Origin: Euprymna scolopes
Lineage: Eukaryota
Direction: 5' to 3' (one strand)
NCBI GenBank assembly: GCA_053919585.1
Contig: CM132786.1
DNA: 64,000 nt
Numbering within the stretch: the first letter of the stretch is position 1; each line of letters opens with the position of its first letter. Position numbers and translations under genes: made by a program. Shown piece after piece: positions 10,682-24,385 of the stretch. The notes beneath the pieces are model-generated. The model searched no databases. It was not told where the DNA came from and saw only the letters and a program-made list of their open reading frames with translations.

Positions 10682-13667
10682 TCCTATATGAATATAATAA
10701 AGATGAACATCTGAATGTACATCTTTAAACTAATAGGCTCCTTTCCGGTAAACTATTCTACAAAACTGACCAACTACAATAATTGAAGATGTATCCAGGA
10801 TCTGAAAATAGTGTGTTACATTTTAAACAATTGTGGGTAAATGATTTTTTGGAGTCTATGCCCACGTATTTGGTAAACATTTTTCAGCTTGAACTGGAAT
10901 TGTATAATAAAATCGTAGGGTCTGCGTTCGCGTTTGCTTCTATAGGATAAACTTATGCCCGTAAACTTTACAAAGACTGTTTATATATCTCCGCATATGT
11001 ATATTTTGATAATTATGGTTATGTTTGAAGAAATAGGGTAACAGAAAATTATGGGATTTGTATCCACGCTTGATCTCCATGGAAGAGAAATATATAACAG
11101 AGGTTAATATTTTTCTTTTAATATAGACCATCGTAAGTATTTGTGGTAAGCGTGTTTTAGTTTGAACAAGCGTGGAAGAATAAAATTATAAATCCTATCT
11201 AGCTTTCATAGGATGTAGTTGTAATTTATTTTTACTAAGATATAGTTTAAGAAGAATTAGTTGTTTGTTAGTAATATCGAAAAAATCTGGTCACCAAAAT
11301 AAGATGTTAGCAATATTTAAATTAGTTATGATAAGAAGAAGAGAGTTTAACTATTTGGTATTATAATCTTTCTGTGTGTTCAGTTTCCCTTTTAAATAAC
11401 TATTTTTTTCTAAATATCAATTAAACTGAAATGCGTTTAGTTTAACATTTCCATTTTATAAAAAAAAATTATTCAAACATTGGTCAAATCTAAATTTAGT
11501 CACCTAAGTTTGTTCTGACAGTAGTTCTAAACAAATAATTTTACTTAAATATATATTTTAGGAAAAATATTTAAAATATTTAATATCATTAAATAAATGA
11601 AAACATTGAATAATGAGGTAGATAAAGTGTTTCCAAGTAAAACATAGGCTTCATTTTACGAAGTGTAAAATAAAGAGCGTGAAAGGCTTGAATTACTGCA
11701 GTTGAGAAATATTCTACTGGCACTGTCGAGAAAAAGCGGATACTTAATATTAAATTATCTCTGGAAAGACGAAATTATTTTTCCACGATAGACACTACAC
11801 TCTAGATAATGTATTTACAAATACACCACCTTTTATTTACCAATATTTTTAACCAGTTCTATTAAAATTAAAACATAACGAAATGAACTTTCTTTAGTTT
11901 TCAAATAAATTGTACAGTTTGATTGATCGAATTATTTGTTTGACTCAAAATAATTTAAAACTAGGAACACTTATTTATCACATCTCACATGAGGCAAACT
12001 TCGTTTGGAAATACTCCAAAATATGATTTATCTATGGATTGTTATACGTACAGATTTATCATCAGAGATTATTCTTTCAACGAAAGTCACTGGAACAAAA
12101 ATCTCTTCTTTCTGTTTGCAGTCGATATGCTTTCAAATGTTTAAACAGAAAATCATTTATATGTCAAAACTCATTAATACAAGTTCAGAGACATTGCTTG
12201 CAAAGATCTCAAGGATCATATAAATAACTATATGATATGCTTATTATCTATTAGCTACACAGGTAGTTTACAATATATGCAAGAAAGTATCCTAGGAATT
12301 ATGAAAAAAACACACCCGTTTATTACATTTATTTCAAATACAAAGTGGAAGTAAATTGAAGATTAACATCTCCCTTCACAAACATACATCAATCGACAAA
12401 AGCAATTGGTCAGAGTGTTTCACTTGAAGATAATTAACTTGATGATTGATAAACAAGCTATATATGTTTAGTCCATGTCGATACATCATGAAAACAATTA
12501 AGTGGTAAAAAAGCGCTTGGCTCATGCGCATATATACTTGTGGAGTATAAGCAAAAATCAACATTGCTTCCGTTCTATCAGCTTATTTACAAACTGATCC
12601 AACCTTATTTGAAATATTAAAAAACACATTGTGCATGTGCATATTGGCCATAGTTGTATACACACCTTGCATTGTCGATGACTAATATACAAAAAGATAT
12701 CCTAAAATCATTACTCTTGTGACTCAATTAAGTGAGCACAGTTATCAGTTTTATAGAAGACCGTTTGACGATGGTGGATTAAAAATTACGGCTGACAGGT
12801 ATGAAATTATAACTATGTGGATTATATTTTAGTCTCCTTTAATTTCCAAGATATGCAATGCTCGCATGAATGCTGAATTTTCGAATTTAGTAAAATCTAT
12901 CAAACATGTTTGCAAATACATTAATAAGTGATCTGATTCAGCCATGTGTTCATTACAATGTACATGTTGGTGATGAAATTAATGAAACTGAGAAATATAT
13001 CTGCACTAATGAAAAATCTACTTGAAAAAATTTCGAAGAGTTAATTTCACAAAAAAAAAAAAATAAATAAAATTCTGGGCAAGTTGCCTAAACCCAAAGA
13101 ATATAAATCTTACTGCATGAAAAATTTTTGGAACAATATAATTATACAAAGACAACTATTATTTCTTATCAGATACCATAAAGTAACATCACACGTAGAG
13201 AACGACATAGGAGTCATATAGATGTTTAAATTTACTCTACAATTGTCAGAGTTTACTTTGTTCACCCACGTCACCATGAACGTTTTAAGATTCATTTTCC
13301 GTTAGAAAAGATAACCGACTGCAGATATTATATCAGTTTACATAGTTGTATGTTCTTTTTCCAAGGGAAAACATTGAAATATATCAATGTATGCCAATAG
13401 TCGAATCTCCGTATTTTCTACGTTTCTACAAACGTGTATAGCAACTTTTAGTAATGGACAAAAAACTAACAAATAAAGTCAATATAAAATATATATTTCA
13501 GCAAAATAATACTTTTTTTTCTAATTATATTTCTTTCGTTTCGATATCCTAACATTCGAAGTTATTTTTTACACGAACATCCCTTTTTCATAACCTTTTA
13601 TACTATCATATATTAGTGCCCATTTTAAAGGATTTTTAATGCAGTCAATGACCTGTATTTCGGCTAG
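10682..13667 (+). mobile_element. Decayed Helitron with an internal deletion of most of the Pif1 helicase
   Basis: 5' A|TC at 10681/10682 (tcctatatgaatataataaagatg), 3' CTAG|T at 13664-13668, Rep motifs inside (next feature). Confidence 0.75.
11660..13500 (+). pseudogene. Helitron RepHel pseudogene (HUH Rep domain plus extreme helicase C-terminus)
   Basis: In order: LFAVDM..V*TE; SYTGSLQYMQE..FITFISNTKW; IKW*K.RLAHAHIYLW (HUH, ~12520); TKRYPK; FYRR..DDGG; KSIKHVCKYINK*SD (Y2, ~12890-12937); IVRVYFVHP..ERF; FSKGK...YANSRI (resembles FSHGQLYVACSRV). Confidence 0.88.
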
Positions 13668-13727
<60 letters not shown>

Positions 13728-14521
13728 TATATATATATGCATATATATATAAATATATTATTCGATCGGCAAATTTTTAGAATAACCGCAAAGAAGTGAA
13801 CCATAGCGGCTATAATTCAAACCATTATTACAGTTTATAAATGGACTTGTCAGCTGTATGCTAATATAAAAAAAATCGTTCAGTAAAACAAAAGTTTTAT
13901 GTATTTAGTGGTAGTCATAATCGTAAGAAGCATTAAGTATATGAGCAACGCTTTTTATGACTGTTTCTAAAAGCAACACCTTTGCTTCAGCGACTACTGT
14001 TCTTATTAATTGACTGCTGCGGGGGGAAGGAAGTAACACGTAGAACAGAGAGAATAAAGGCATAAAATACAGATAATCAAAGTATTTTATTGTAAGCATA
14101 CGAGTGTCGGGCATTGCTATTATACATGTGTTTATGGCGCTAAAGTAATGAGACCCCAACTAAACAAAACCAAGTGCAGTTACTGGAAGCCTGGGAAAAT
14201 AATCAATATGAATATATAAATGCGAGCATGAAAAGTAATATGGCTAATCTTAAACATGGAAAAGTAAAGTACTAGTTGTTAACACTGGAACAGCAATTGA
14301 CAAGATATTCTAGTAAAACATATAATAAATTCGTAATCTAAAATTGTTCAGCATATAGATTTCTATTTAAATGCAATTTATAACATAATGTTATACATTT
14401 GTTTTTTATGTGCTATTTTAGGTTATACATGATTTATATTTTCTTTTCAAGTATTAACACCTCGTCGTTTACTTTACCATGTTTAAGCTTAACTATATTA
14501 TTTTACATGTTGGCGCCCGTC

Positions 14522-14589
<68 letters not shown>

Positions 14590-14601
<12 letters not shown>

Positions 14602-15293
14602 TATACATAATTGTGATTTTCAATGCCTTACTGGCTTTAGCAAATCAGGTTTAAGCCATTTTACTTATTTGCCATTATTTTCCCCTCTGAAGCGATAATA
14701 GATATTGACATTCTGTAGGATAATAGTTATAATATATCAAATGTTTTATTCGTCTTACATAGAAAATAACAATCTTTTGATTTAAAATTTAACCATTTCA
14801 CCTCATAAATTTTGGATTTCATAAACATATTTTACTAAAGTTGGAGACAATTTCCGACCAAAGAACTGTCAGTGTTTGCTCTAAAGAAATGAAAGGTAGT
14901 ACATAAGGCATTTGAACGCCTACGAAATATTATATTTGGATTTTAGTCGTTTAGAATTAGGGAAAATGTTGAAAAATAAAAGAAATTGAATGTTCTATGT
15001 TTATGTCGAAAGACGGCATTACGAATATCTATTGGCTCATGTTGTTTATGTTTACTTTCAATTTTTTGCAGAAACCATGTGTTAGAACTTCAAACATTAA
15101 CGTCCAACACGAAAAAAAAATGTAATCTAAACTTTTGTTTTCGATCCGTTTATAGTTACACACGAGTCGTTTTTTTTACCTTTTAAAATCTTTACTGCCC
15201 AATATAATAAAAAAATGAATACTACTATGCCCAAGTAAAAATATCAAATTGAAGCATATTTTTCGACCGGGCAATATCGGGCAGCCTATCAGT
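14590..15293 (+). mobile_element. Possible non-autonomous Helitron
   Basis: Ends with gaccgggcaatatcgggcagcctatcagt, a degenerate version of the Helitron 3' hairpin/CTAG seen at 5962-5990. Begins in a (TA)n array. Confidence 0.35.
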
Positions 15294-16194
15294 ATAATCA
15301 AATAATTGTTGGCCGTCTATAAGCCTTTCCTTGCATTTTGTCTATCAAAAATGTTATATCGTGGAAACAAGCTTGTATTTAATAAAATCCAAACTCCTTT
15401 CCACAATCCAAACATATTGAGTACCAATAATATTTGTAATTTGCTTTAATTGTAAAAATAATTTTTAAGAATGGAACACTTTTTGTATTATCCTTTGGAT
15501 TCTAGCTGAATGCAGTCAACTCATTTCTTTTTTTTTACTTTTAAACTTATGACTATATATTGGGGGCAATATAATATGCAGTAATTGACGCAAATGTTTT
15601 AGTTTTTTTTTCTTTTAATTACCTAATCCATGCATATCCTCAACTATTTAGGCAAAGGAATATTAGCAAATGCTAAAACACAGAAATACATAAAGTGTCT
15701 ACATGTACACATTAATTAAATATATTGTCAGTGAATTTCTAGCCGCATGCCACTTCTTATTTTCCTCGCCTTGATTAGGATGGCACGTAGTTATTCAATT
15801 ACGTAAATGTCAAAGCCTTAATTAAGATTCCACACATGTTGACAAGCCACAAAAAAGCAGATGTTATCAGATAACAGATGATAGCATGATGTTTTATATC
15901 ATTGCTTTATAAGTAAAACCAAAATGAAACCATTAATATCGCAAATAGAATTAAATTATGCAAACACAAGAAAGTGTAACAACCAATAATTATTTACTAA
16001 TTTTACTACGCAAAAATTGTTATTTAGTATACATGTAAAACACGAGGTACTTTCAAAATTAAAATAATAGTCAGATAGTTTTTACAGAAAGAATAAATGT
16101 AACCCAAAAAAGTTTTGTCTGCATTTTTTCTATTTCAATCGAGATAAATGCGTCTGCAGTACGTGCCCTAATAGATAAGAATGATGATGACCAT

Positions 16195-17790
16195 GTCTCT
16201 TTATTAGAGATATTTAAGTCCTTTCCATGTTACGGTTAATTCCTGCTTTTAATCTTTCAATCAGTATTGATTCTTCAATCATGGATTTTCTGAATTCCTA
16301 TCATTTGCTAAAATTGAAACGGTTATTTTTTATCGCGGTATTTCTTCAAGATAGTTTTTTGAAGACACATGACCTTTTATTGGTAATTTTGTCATTAATC
16401 GGGGTGTGTAATGGTTTTATTGAACTTCGGATATGTTGCCCATTGACTATTTTACATTTCATTTGATATACTGAATATGTGCGATTGCATTATACTTAGT
16501 TTGTTTTATAGAGCAATTAGATAATTAGTATTGTGTGTTTTTAGGTGCATTTCCGGTTTTACATAGGTGTTATCTAATGTTTGGCGCGCGTGTGTGTTGT
16601 ATATCTAGGTGTTGTTCGCGAAGGCTTTGCGTACGACTGTAGTTACTATATTATTAAATATGGGAGTTTAAGAACGCGTGTGTAAGTAACTGTGTGTGTG
16701 TTTTCTGTTAATGCCGTAATGATTTTTGTTGTTTTTGTGTAGTATAATTTCTGACGGTACAATTGTTGGAATTTTTCCAGTGGAGGTGATCATGTCTTTC
16801 ATTCCTGCATCTGTTGCGAATGCAGGTTGGTTTCCTTTGTAGCATAATTAATTTTTGCTTGTGTAAGGAGTGCAGGATAAACGATGGCAGATGCCATTTT
16901 CATCTGAGCATCATTTCATGAGGAAGCTAATAAAATATTCATTAAATTCCAGAACGCAAACCCACATATTAAATTTACCACAGAACACAGGAACACATTT
17001 GTAAACATATCATTCTCGATTTCACTCTCTAAATCAGAAAAACAGGTCAAATAAACACCAACTCCTTTTTAAAAAGTCCGCCTGCTATGACATTCTCGTG
17101 AACTACAAGTCAACCCTCTCTAGACAAGCAAAAATTAGTTATTCTGCAAATGAAACAAACCGCATTCGCAAGAGATACGCGTAAGAAACGGATATGGCCA
17201 CCTTCATTGAAAAATGCCAACTTCTATTCGTCAAAATGTATATTGGCAAAACAATACAACGCATTACGGCATTTAATAGAAAAATTACACACACACAGTA
17301 ACTAACACATGATTTGTCAAAATACCACATTTTAATGATTGGATAACTACAGCCATACGCAAGACCATTTGCAAATAACAACTACACATACAACTCACAC
17401 CCACATGCCCCGCCATAAGAAAACACCTACCTAAAACCAGAAATATACCTAAGCAAAAACTATATGCATTATCTATAAGCCACATAAAAACACAGGATTA
17501 TACGAACGAACAGATTCATTATATAAAACTCAATGTAAAATGTCCAATAAATCATTTACTGGAGGTTAAATAACACCATTAAATATCCGAACCAATGAGC
17601 ACATTACAACACAAACGTCACCCGTATACTAGGAACTATCTTGAAAACATAATCCTGAGTAAAAGAAAAACGTTTCAATTTTAGCAAATAATAGGAATCA
17701 GGGAAATATCAAATTTAAATAATCAATAATGATCAAAAATTACCACCAGAAGTTAATAGTAAAACAGAAAACAATCTTACACATTTCTAA
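16195..17790 (+). mobile_element. Penelope-like element with an inverted 5' copy (16195-16872 minus; RT plus GIY-YIG 16875-17790 plus)
   Basis: Plus strand: EEANKIFIKFQNANPHIKFTTEH...KKSA..DILVNYKS.L.RQAKI (PLE RT C-terminus). Minus arm: VYQMKCK....HIRSS.KPLH..IND (GIY-YIG). The arms align; for example 17671-17698 matches the reverse complement of 16294-16321 at 27/28. Confidence 0.8.
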
Positions 17791-18499
17791 TAAAAAGTAA
17801 AATAGACCCAGTACATCAATAATACGGGTTCAATGATAAGTAATACAGAAAACAGAAGGCAAAAGAAAAAAATAATAAATTAAATAAATAAATTAATTAA
17901 ATAAATGAATAAGCAGATCAAAAAAAGAAAAGTAAACGAGGATTTACACACGTTTCCCTACAGCAAATAATCTATACAAAACTTAAAAATATAGAATTAC
18001 CTCTCTAAATAACTAACGTAATTAAAACAAATGGATAAAGATATTGATATAATTTTCCGTTCGATCTAATAACAAATTAAAACATAATATAGAATTTGTT
18101 CCCCTTTATTAAAAATCTACAGATAAGTAAAATTAAAATTACTTCGATATTACAGTCAAGACAATTAATTTAAACTTAAAACAGAGTTTTAATTGCATAA
18201 AAAAATAAAAAAGGACGGCCGCTTTACCGTGTAAAGATAACGGATATACGTTTTTCTACTGGGGTTGAGTAATGCACTTGAAAAAAAACTCTGGGGAAAA
18301 ATATAATATACAGTTGAAACAAAAGGAAAACGGAGAGAAAAACAAATAAATCAGGTGAATCAAAAGTATTTGTGTTTTTAGATGTTTTCCCAATTCGTCT
18401 GCATACAACGACTGTTTATTCCAGCGTTGTGAGGCCCTCAGATACATCACACACCATAATTTTAGTATACCATATTTCTTCAAACTGTAAATTAATTAT

Positions 18500-18882
18500 T
18501 AAAGTATACTTACGCAGATAGATATGAAATGTCTTTATAAAAATGTGTGCCTATTTCCATTCTATGGAGGCCAGGCGCAAACGCAGACCCCACAATTTTA
18601 TTATACCATCCCTATTTAAGTTAAAACATACGCATCAAAGTATTATTATGTGCATCTATATCAAAAACACTTGTAAACGCTTATTAAAAAATATATATAT
18701 TGTTTATTTACATACTTTGTTGAACAGGGTCGTACGAAAACCCCAAAATTATCATTATGCCAGATAAGACACACCCCTTCCTGTGTCTCGATACATCTTC
18801 TATCATTATATGTGATCGATTTTCAATAATAGTCAACTATGTAGGAGCCTTTCTGTGACCAGACACACGTACAGATATTCAG

Positions 18883-18890
<8 letters not shown>
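18500..18890 (-). mobile_element. 5' fragment of a Helitron related to the 10682 element
   Basis: Reverse complement tatataaagctgaatatctg...aggctcc...gaagatgtatc aligns with 10692-10830. 18560-18650 aligns with the divergent ~130-bp units at 10850-11215. Confidence 0.65.
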
Positions 18891-18947
<57 letters not shown>

Positions 18948-19439
18948 ACAAATTTTAGAATCTTCACTCGATATTGTATATAAAGAGTTCAGTTAGTAAT
19001 ATAATTTCACATTGGTTTCAAGCATAAAACGTATTATAAGGACACATTGCGTTGTATGCAAAATAATTAAAAAAGGATAATCGGATTTAATGCGTATTGA
19101 ATAGAAGGAAGACAAACAGAATGGCAAAAAGGAAAATGCATATCCAAATACACAGACAACAACAGAGAGGAAAATAAAGAAAAAAATTTAAAAGGAAAGG
19201 AAACTGAAAACACTATACAAACGTGTACAAATAATATTAAAATTAATATTACTATTACTACTACTGCTACTACTACTACTAATAATAATAATAACAATAA
19301 TATTAATAATAATAATGCATTTTTATACAATGTTAAACTATGAAGTTGTCACCCTAAAAAACACACCCACAATGCATTGTTTTATGTAATAAATTTAGGT
19401 AACTTTATTACGAAGGGGAGCTGATCTCTGACCACTTTT

Positions 19440-20060
19440 AGGCCAAATAACCGTTTCGGTACAGGTACGGAATTCTTTTCCACAGCAACTGGGAATTTGC
19501 AAAATAATAATTTACGGATGGCTTCGACCTGGCCGGTTTTGGTGATGTAAGTGGCAATCTTAGTGATATCTGTGACGTATAATCAAATGAAGTAATATGC
19601 TTGTTATGGTCGAGGGGAGTAGATGACCCTATAGAGAAATGTACAACGTTGTAGGACTCTTTCTGAAACCAAGATCTGAGCGTCTTTGCCTTTTGCACCA
19701 GCGCCTATAATCGTCGTAGTCCACAGTTTTGCCAGCGGCAACCTTATTGTATCAGGTGTTCACCACACTCTATAACACAACGAGCCAAACTTCGGCATTG
19801 ACGAAAGTGTGAATTGCCTGTATGTTGCCCTTACTTTAAACAACACCAAAGACTATAAACCTGACCGGAAACGTCGGATAACTGTGCCCTCAAACGTTGA
19901 TCCGTCCGCATCTGGGGCACTGACAAGCGCCCTGCTGTCACAACGTGGATCGGTAGAGAACATAATTTGGAAACGGGGCATCTAATGTTACGCACGTAAA
20001 TCCTGATGTAATTTCCAGACATATAAAATACTCGCTCATGATATCTGTACACAACTGACT
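19440..20060 (-). pseudogene. Possible LINE (I/Jockey-type) ORF1 zinc-knuckle fossil
   Basis: GC-richer island. Minus strand gives CFK....GNSHF.QCRSLARC..ECGEH...QNCG, resembling degenerate tandem CCHC knuckles. Confidence 0.35.
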
Positions 20061-20228
20061 AATTTGTAGATGCACACTAACAAAAATCATTAACCAGGTT
20101 TTCATCAAACAGAAATGGAATAATATCCTCCTAATATAGCGACAATTCCTCCGTGTAAATTATAGAAAACAATGTTATAAAGATATATGAATGAATTTAA
20201 ATAGTTTTATATCGTATTTTAATAAAGT

Positions 20229-20231
<3 letters not shown>

Positions 20232-20311
<80 letters not shown>
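20232..20311. repeat. (TA)n microsatellite; longest of about 20 such arrays in the window
   Basis: Direct reading. Others lie at about 1199, 2165, 5522, 5995, 7426, 13672, 14525, 18886, 25458, 29274, 32576, 42701, 46428, 48270, 50443 and 55352. Confidence 0.97.
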
Positions 20312-20314
<3 letters not shown>

Positions 20315-22545
20315 TCCCACACAGGATGAAGACATAAAAAATAAGGATGAATTATTTATTAATAACTTTTGTGATTAAAAATATCTTAAAATCTTTCTAT
20401 CCCACATGACAATACGGTATTCATTTTACATGTATGTTGTACGCTAAAATTACTTGCGAGCTGTTTAGAATAGCTACCGTTATCAAAATATGAAAGTTTT
20501 TATACTCCCATTATCTAATTTGGAATAGGAATACATTTACAACATACTGAAAAAAACTCCTTCAAACAGTAAAATAAAGCATTTCCTCGGTATCTTAATG
20601 TTTGAAAATAATATTAAACTGAATAAAGTGGATTAATTAAAAATATACAGAACAGCNNNNNNNNNNNNNNNNNNNNNNNNNNNNNNNNNNNNNNNNNNNN
20701 NNNNNNNNNNNNNNNNNNNNNNNNNNNNNNNNNNNNNNNNNNNNNNNNNNNNNNNNNNNNNNNNNNNNNNNNNNNNNNNNNNNNNNNNNNNNNNNNNNNN
20801 NNNNNNNNNNNNNNNNNNNNNNNNNNNNNNNNTAAAAAATTGTATATATATATTATTTTTAATTTCATACACATGTNNNNNNNNNNNNNNNNNNNNNNNN
20901 NNNNNNNNNNNNNNNNNNNNNNNNNNNNNNNNNNNNNNNNNNNNNNNNNNNNNNNNNNNNNNNNNNNNNNNNNNNNNNNNNNNNNNNNNNNNNNNNNNNN
21001 NNNNNNNNNNNNNNNNNNNNNNNNNNNNNNNNNNNNNNNNNNNNNNNNNNNNNNNNNNNNAAAATAATTATGTAAATATAATATTCATAACAAAAAACGA
21101 GGTCAATAACTATTAGTGCGGATTACGGCAAAAACTATAGAAAAACAGTATTTTATAAATATACAAGTTAACTCGTGAGAAAAGGGGACGGGTCACTTGC
21201 TTAAGGGATGCCTGTTAAAATGACATAAATTTGCAAGCCTAACATGTTCTTAAAGAAAAAAATGAATGATGTATCTATAATGTATTGTTTCAAATTAAAA
21301 TTAATAAATAATTTAATATAATCGAAAATTTTGAAAATATTGTTTTTAGTTTGCTAACTTAGTTTGATATATGCAAACATGTGCAATAGATTATCATATT
21401 GATGTTATTTTCATTGGTGTGCTTCATAAATATTTATATCGGCCAATGTTTATATTGTTCAGAGTTTTTCAATTTATTTACTGTTGTTTCTTTATCCGCT
21501 GGAGTTATTTGTTGTGATATTCTCATTTACTTTCTTGTTTAAATATTTCATTGAATACTGATTAATATTCAGAAGTTTCATTTAAATATTATCTAATCTG
21601 TATTTCTTTAATATTTTCGAGATACAAAATTACGATACTATGTATCATTAAAAAGGTGAAATGATTTCTGTATGCTTCCTGATATTATCGTGTTGATCCA
21701 TCTGATCAATTTTCAGCACCTATGATTTGTTAGTTTCTTTTTATTATTAACTTGTAATCGGTCATGAATTCATATACTTCTCTAAGAAGATGCCAATAAC
21801 TGCTGCTAAGTACTTCGTAAATCTTTTCGGTTTTAAACTGTTCTGCGAGGAATTTTTTATAGACTCATAAAACTCATAGAGCAAAGATGTTATTTTAAAC
21901 ATTTATTTACACATATAAAACATTTTTTCATTATAAAGATAAAAAGTAAAATTCTGTATATTTAAAGTTTCTATTATTACATGGATTGCTGTAAATTCCA
22001 GTATATTTTTCATCAATTCTATTTCTTACATTTAGCACACTATTGTCCAATTCTTTCCTTTATAAAAGAAGAATTCTACGAAAAATGTAAGTAATTTAAG
22101 CAATTTCTAACCCCTAAATGTTATTTAATAAAAGTTTTCTTGTGGAATTATGACAGGTCCGTTTTGACTCATTATTTATTCAATGGTTCATCTTTTACAT
22201 TTTGTAAGATTAATTTAATTTTAAATGTTACAACTCATCAGAAGTCGAAAACTATTGTCGAGGTAAAAATATTGAACAGGCTGGATGTATTCGTGGAGTT
22301 TTACAATATAGGAGCGTATCGTGTCTTGTATAATTTCACTGATATTCTGAAAACTGTAGTGTATAATAGAGNNNNNNNNNNNNNNNNNNNNNNNNNNNNN
22401 NNNNNNNNNNNNNNNNNNNNNNNNNNNNNNNNNNNNNNNNNNNNNNNNNNNNNNNNNNNNNNNNNNNNNNNNNNNNNNNNNNNNNNNNNNNNNNNNNNNN
22501 NNNNNNNNNNNNNNNNNNNNNNNNNNNNNNNNNNNNNNNNNNNNN

Positions 22546-22735
22546 CGTCTGCCTGCTTCCCTCCGGACTACAACTTGGATGTCTTCAAGTCCAATGTTAA
22601 CAAATTCCTAATTAACTGCACACTTAATTAAACACTTCATCAAATCTCCACACTAACGTAATGTACTTGCAATAACCCTTATCCCTGAGTGGCTTCTGTG
22701 CCTTGATAAGTGGTGATCACTGTGTAAAAAAAAAA
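22546..22735 (+). mobile_element. 3' end of a CR1/Jockey-group LINE with poly(A) tail
   Basis: SACFPPDYNLDVFKSNVNKFL, a typical ORF2 C-terminus, then a short 3' UTR and A10 at 22726-22735. The 5' part is lost in a gap. Confidence 0.75.
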
Positions 22736-24258
22736 CATTATCTATATGGCATATATTATGTATATAAATAAATATATATATATATATATATATATTCATT
22801 ACCTCTATTTTCTCCCCTATTATTGAATAAAAAGTAAGCTACAAGTTTAAATTCGTATGTAAAATATTGCTTAGCATAAAGTCTGCCAGTAACATAATAC
22901 TAATCTCTCAATTTTTGATCAAAGACTATGTTGTAGGTCTGAAACTAAATTTCCATTCACGCATAAATTATAATATGTGTGTTATTTCTTTTAAAAAAAA
23001 GTGCGCATTAGATATATAAATGATATACTGTCTCAAAGCATGAACATTTCGAAACCTTTGTATATAAAATGTTCGATGTGTAAATTTGAAGGTTTATAAA
23101 GCCATTTACATGTTAAGAATAAAATGAGGTTTATATATGTATTTAAATGCCCCCCACTTTAATTTATTTCATTTGCATTGCTTTTATTTACTACTGGCAG
23201 TCAGTGACAGTGATCATCAAATGATTGCTTTTGATGCTAGAATGTATCTACGCCCGTTTGCATTACACAAACTATCAAACGGCTCCTATCACGGGCTACT
23301 TATTCGGTCTTTTACGAGATGCAGCCAAGCTCGAAATGTTAACATATCATCATGACAGCCGCTGAAATGCGAGTGCGCCAATAACTTCTGTTTGGTTGCC
23401 AATATTTTGCTGTCTCTTGGCATTTCGATATCTTCGTCAACCGCGCCAAAAACTAATGGACACTATTATCCTTACCTAGTCATCTAAATGTTTGCCATTT
23501 ATTTGTAGGCATTAGGAAATTAGAATGTTATTGAAGTGATAGAACTCAGGACATGACGTCCTGAGGTAATATTTTCGATTTATATTAGAGGGGAAATTGT
23601 GTGCATATATATTCATATTATTGCCGTTTTAGCTTGAGTTACCGATCCGCATAACATTTAATATCATATACTAAAATTATTGACGTATATGCATTTAATT
23701 TTGAAAAAAAATAATCGCATTGAAATCTGTCTACAAATTTTTTCAGGATTAAAGAATTATCGATATAGCTACGAGACGGTTTAAGCTTCGTTTTTATTAG
23801 ACGGATCTGTCTTCCTTAATATATAAAAAGAAGTAATTAATAAATTTAAGTGACAGTCTTCTTGCAATTTTCAAGTCAGAATTTAATAAACCATTAACAT
23901 GGTTTCTATAGATTTAATTATAGTTCATATTCAACTAACAGGACCTGTTAACCGGAGTTGATCCGAGTTAGCATGCACCTCAACCCGAGTGAAAAAAAAT
24001 ACGGCTGTCAGTTTTGTTTGTGGGCAAATTATTTGAATAGTAGCAAAATATCCCCTTAGATTAAAATGGGGTTTTAAATAACAAACGAAACATATTATTT
24101 CAGCAGGGTACTAAAATTGCCTCACGCCAGTTTACGACGGAAAGCACCAGATTTCCCCATGTAAGCAACAGGAAACGCGAGCGGAGGAATAAAATATTAA
24201 AGTAAATATTTTAAAAGATTAAAAGAAAGAAAAGACACAGTGCCATTGTTCCAACGAA

Positions 24259-24385
24259 ACACCCAAACCTACCTATGTAAAGAACGGCTTTCAGAATACA
24301 TTACCGACTGCGAAAACCGTTTCTAACGTTAAGAGGTAGGAGGGTTTACTCCGAAAGCTGTTCTTCACATAGGAAAGTTAGGTGT
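24259..24385. repeat. ~45-bp-arm inverted repeat; Helitron/Helentron-type subterminal motif
   Basis: acacccaaacctacctatgtaaagaacggctttcagaata versus the reverse complement acacctaactttcctatgtgaagaacagctttcggagta. A related motif lies at ~47245-47290. Confidence 0.65.

Noticed and set aside
23200-23480. Minus-strand GAVD...AWL, piggyBac-like
   Set aside because: Only two short motifs and no TTAA/TIR; unsupported without a search.
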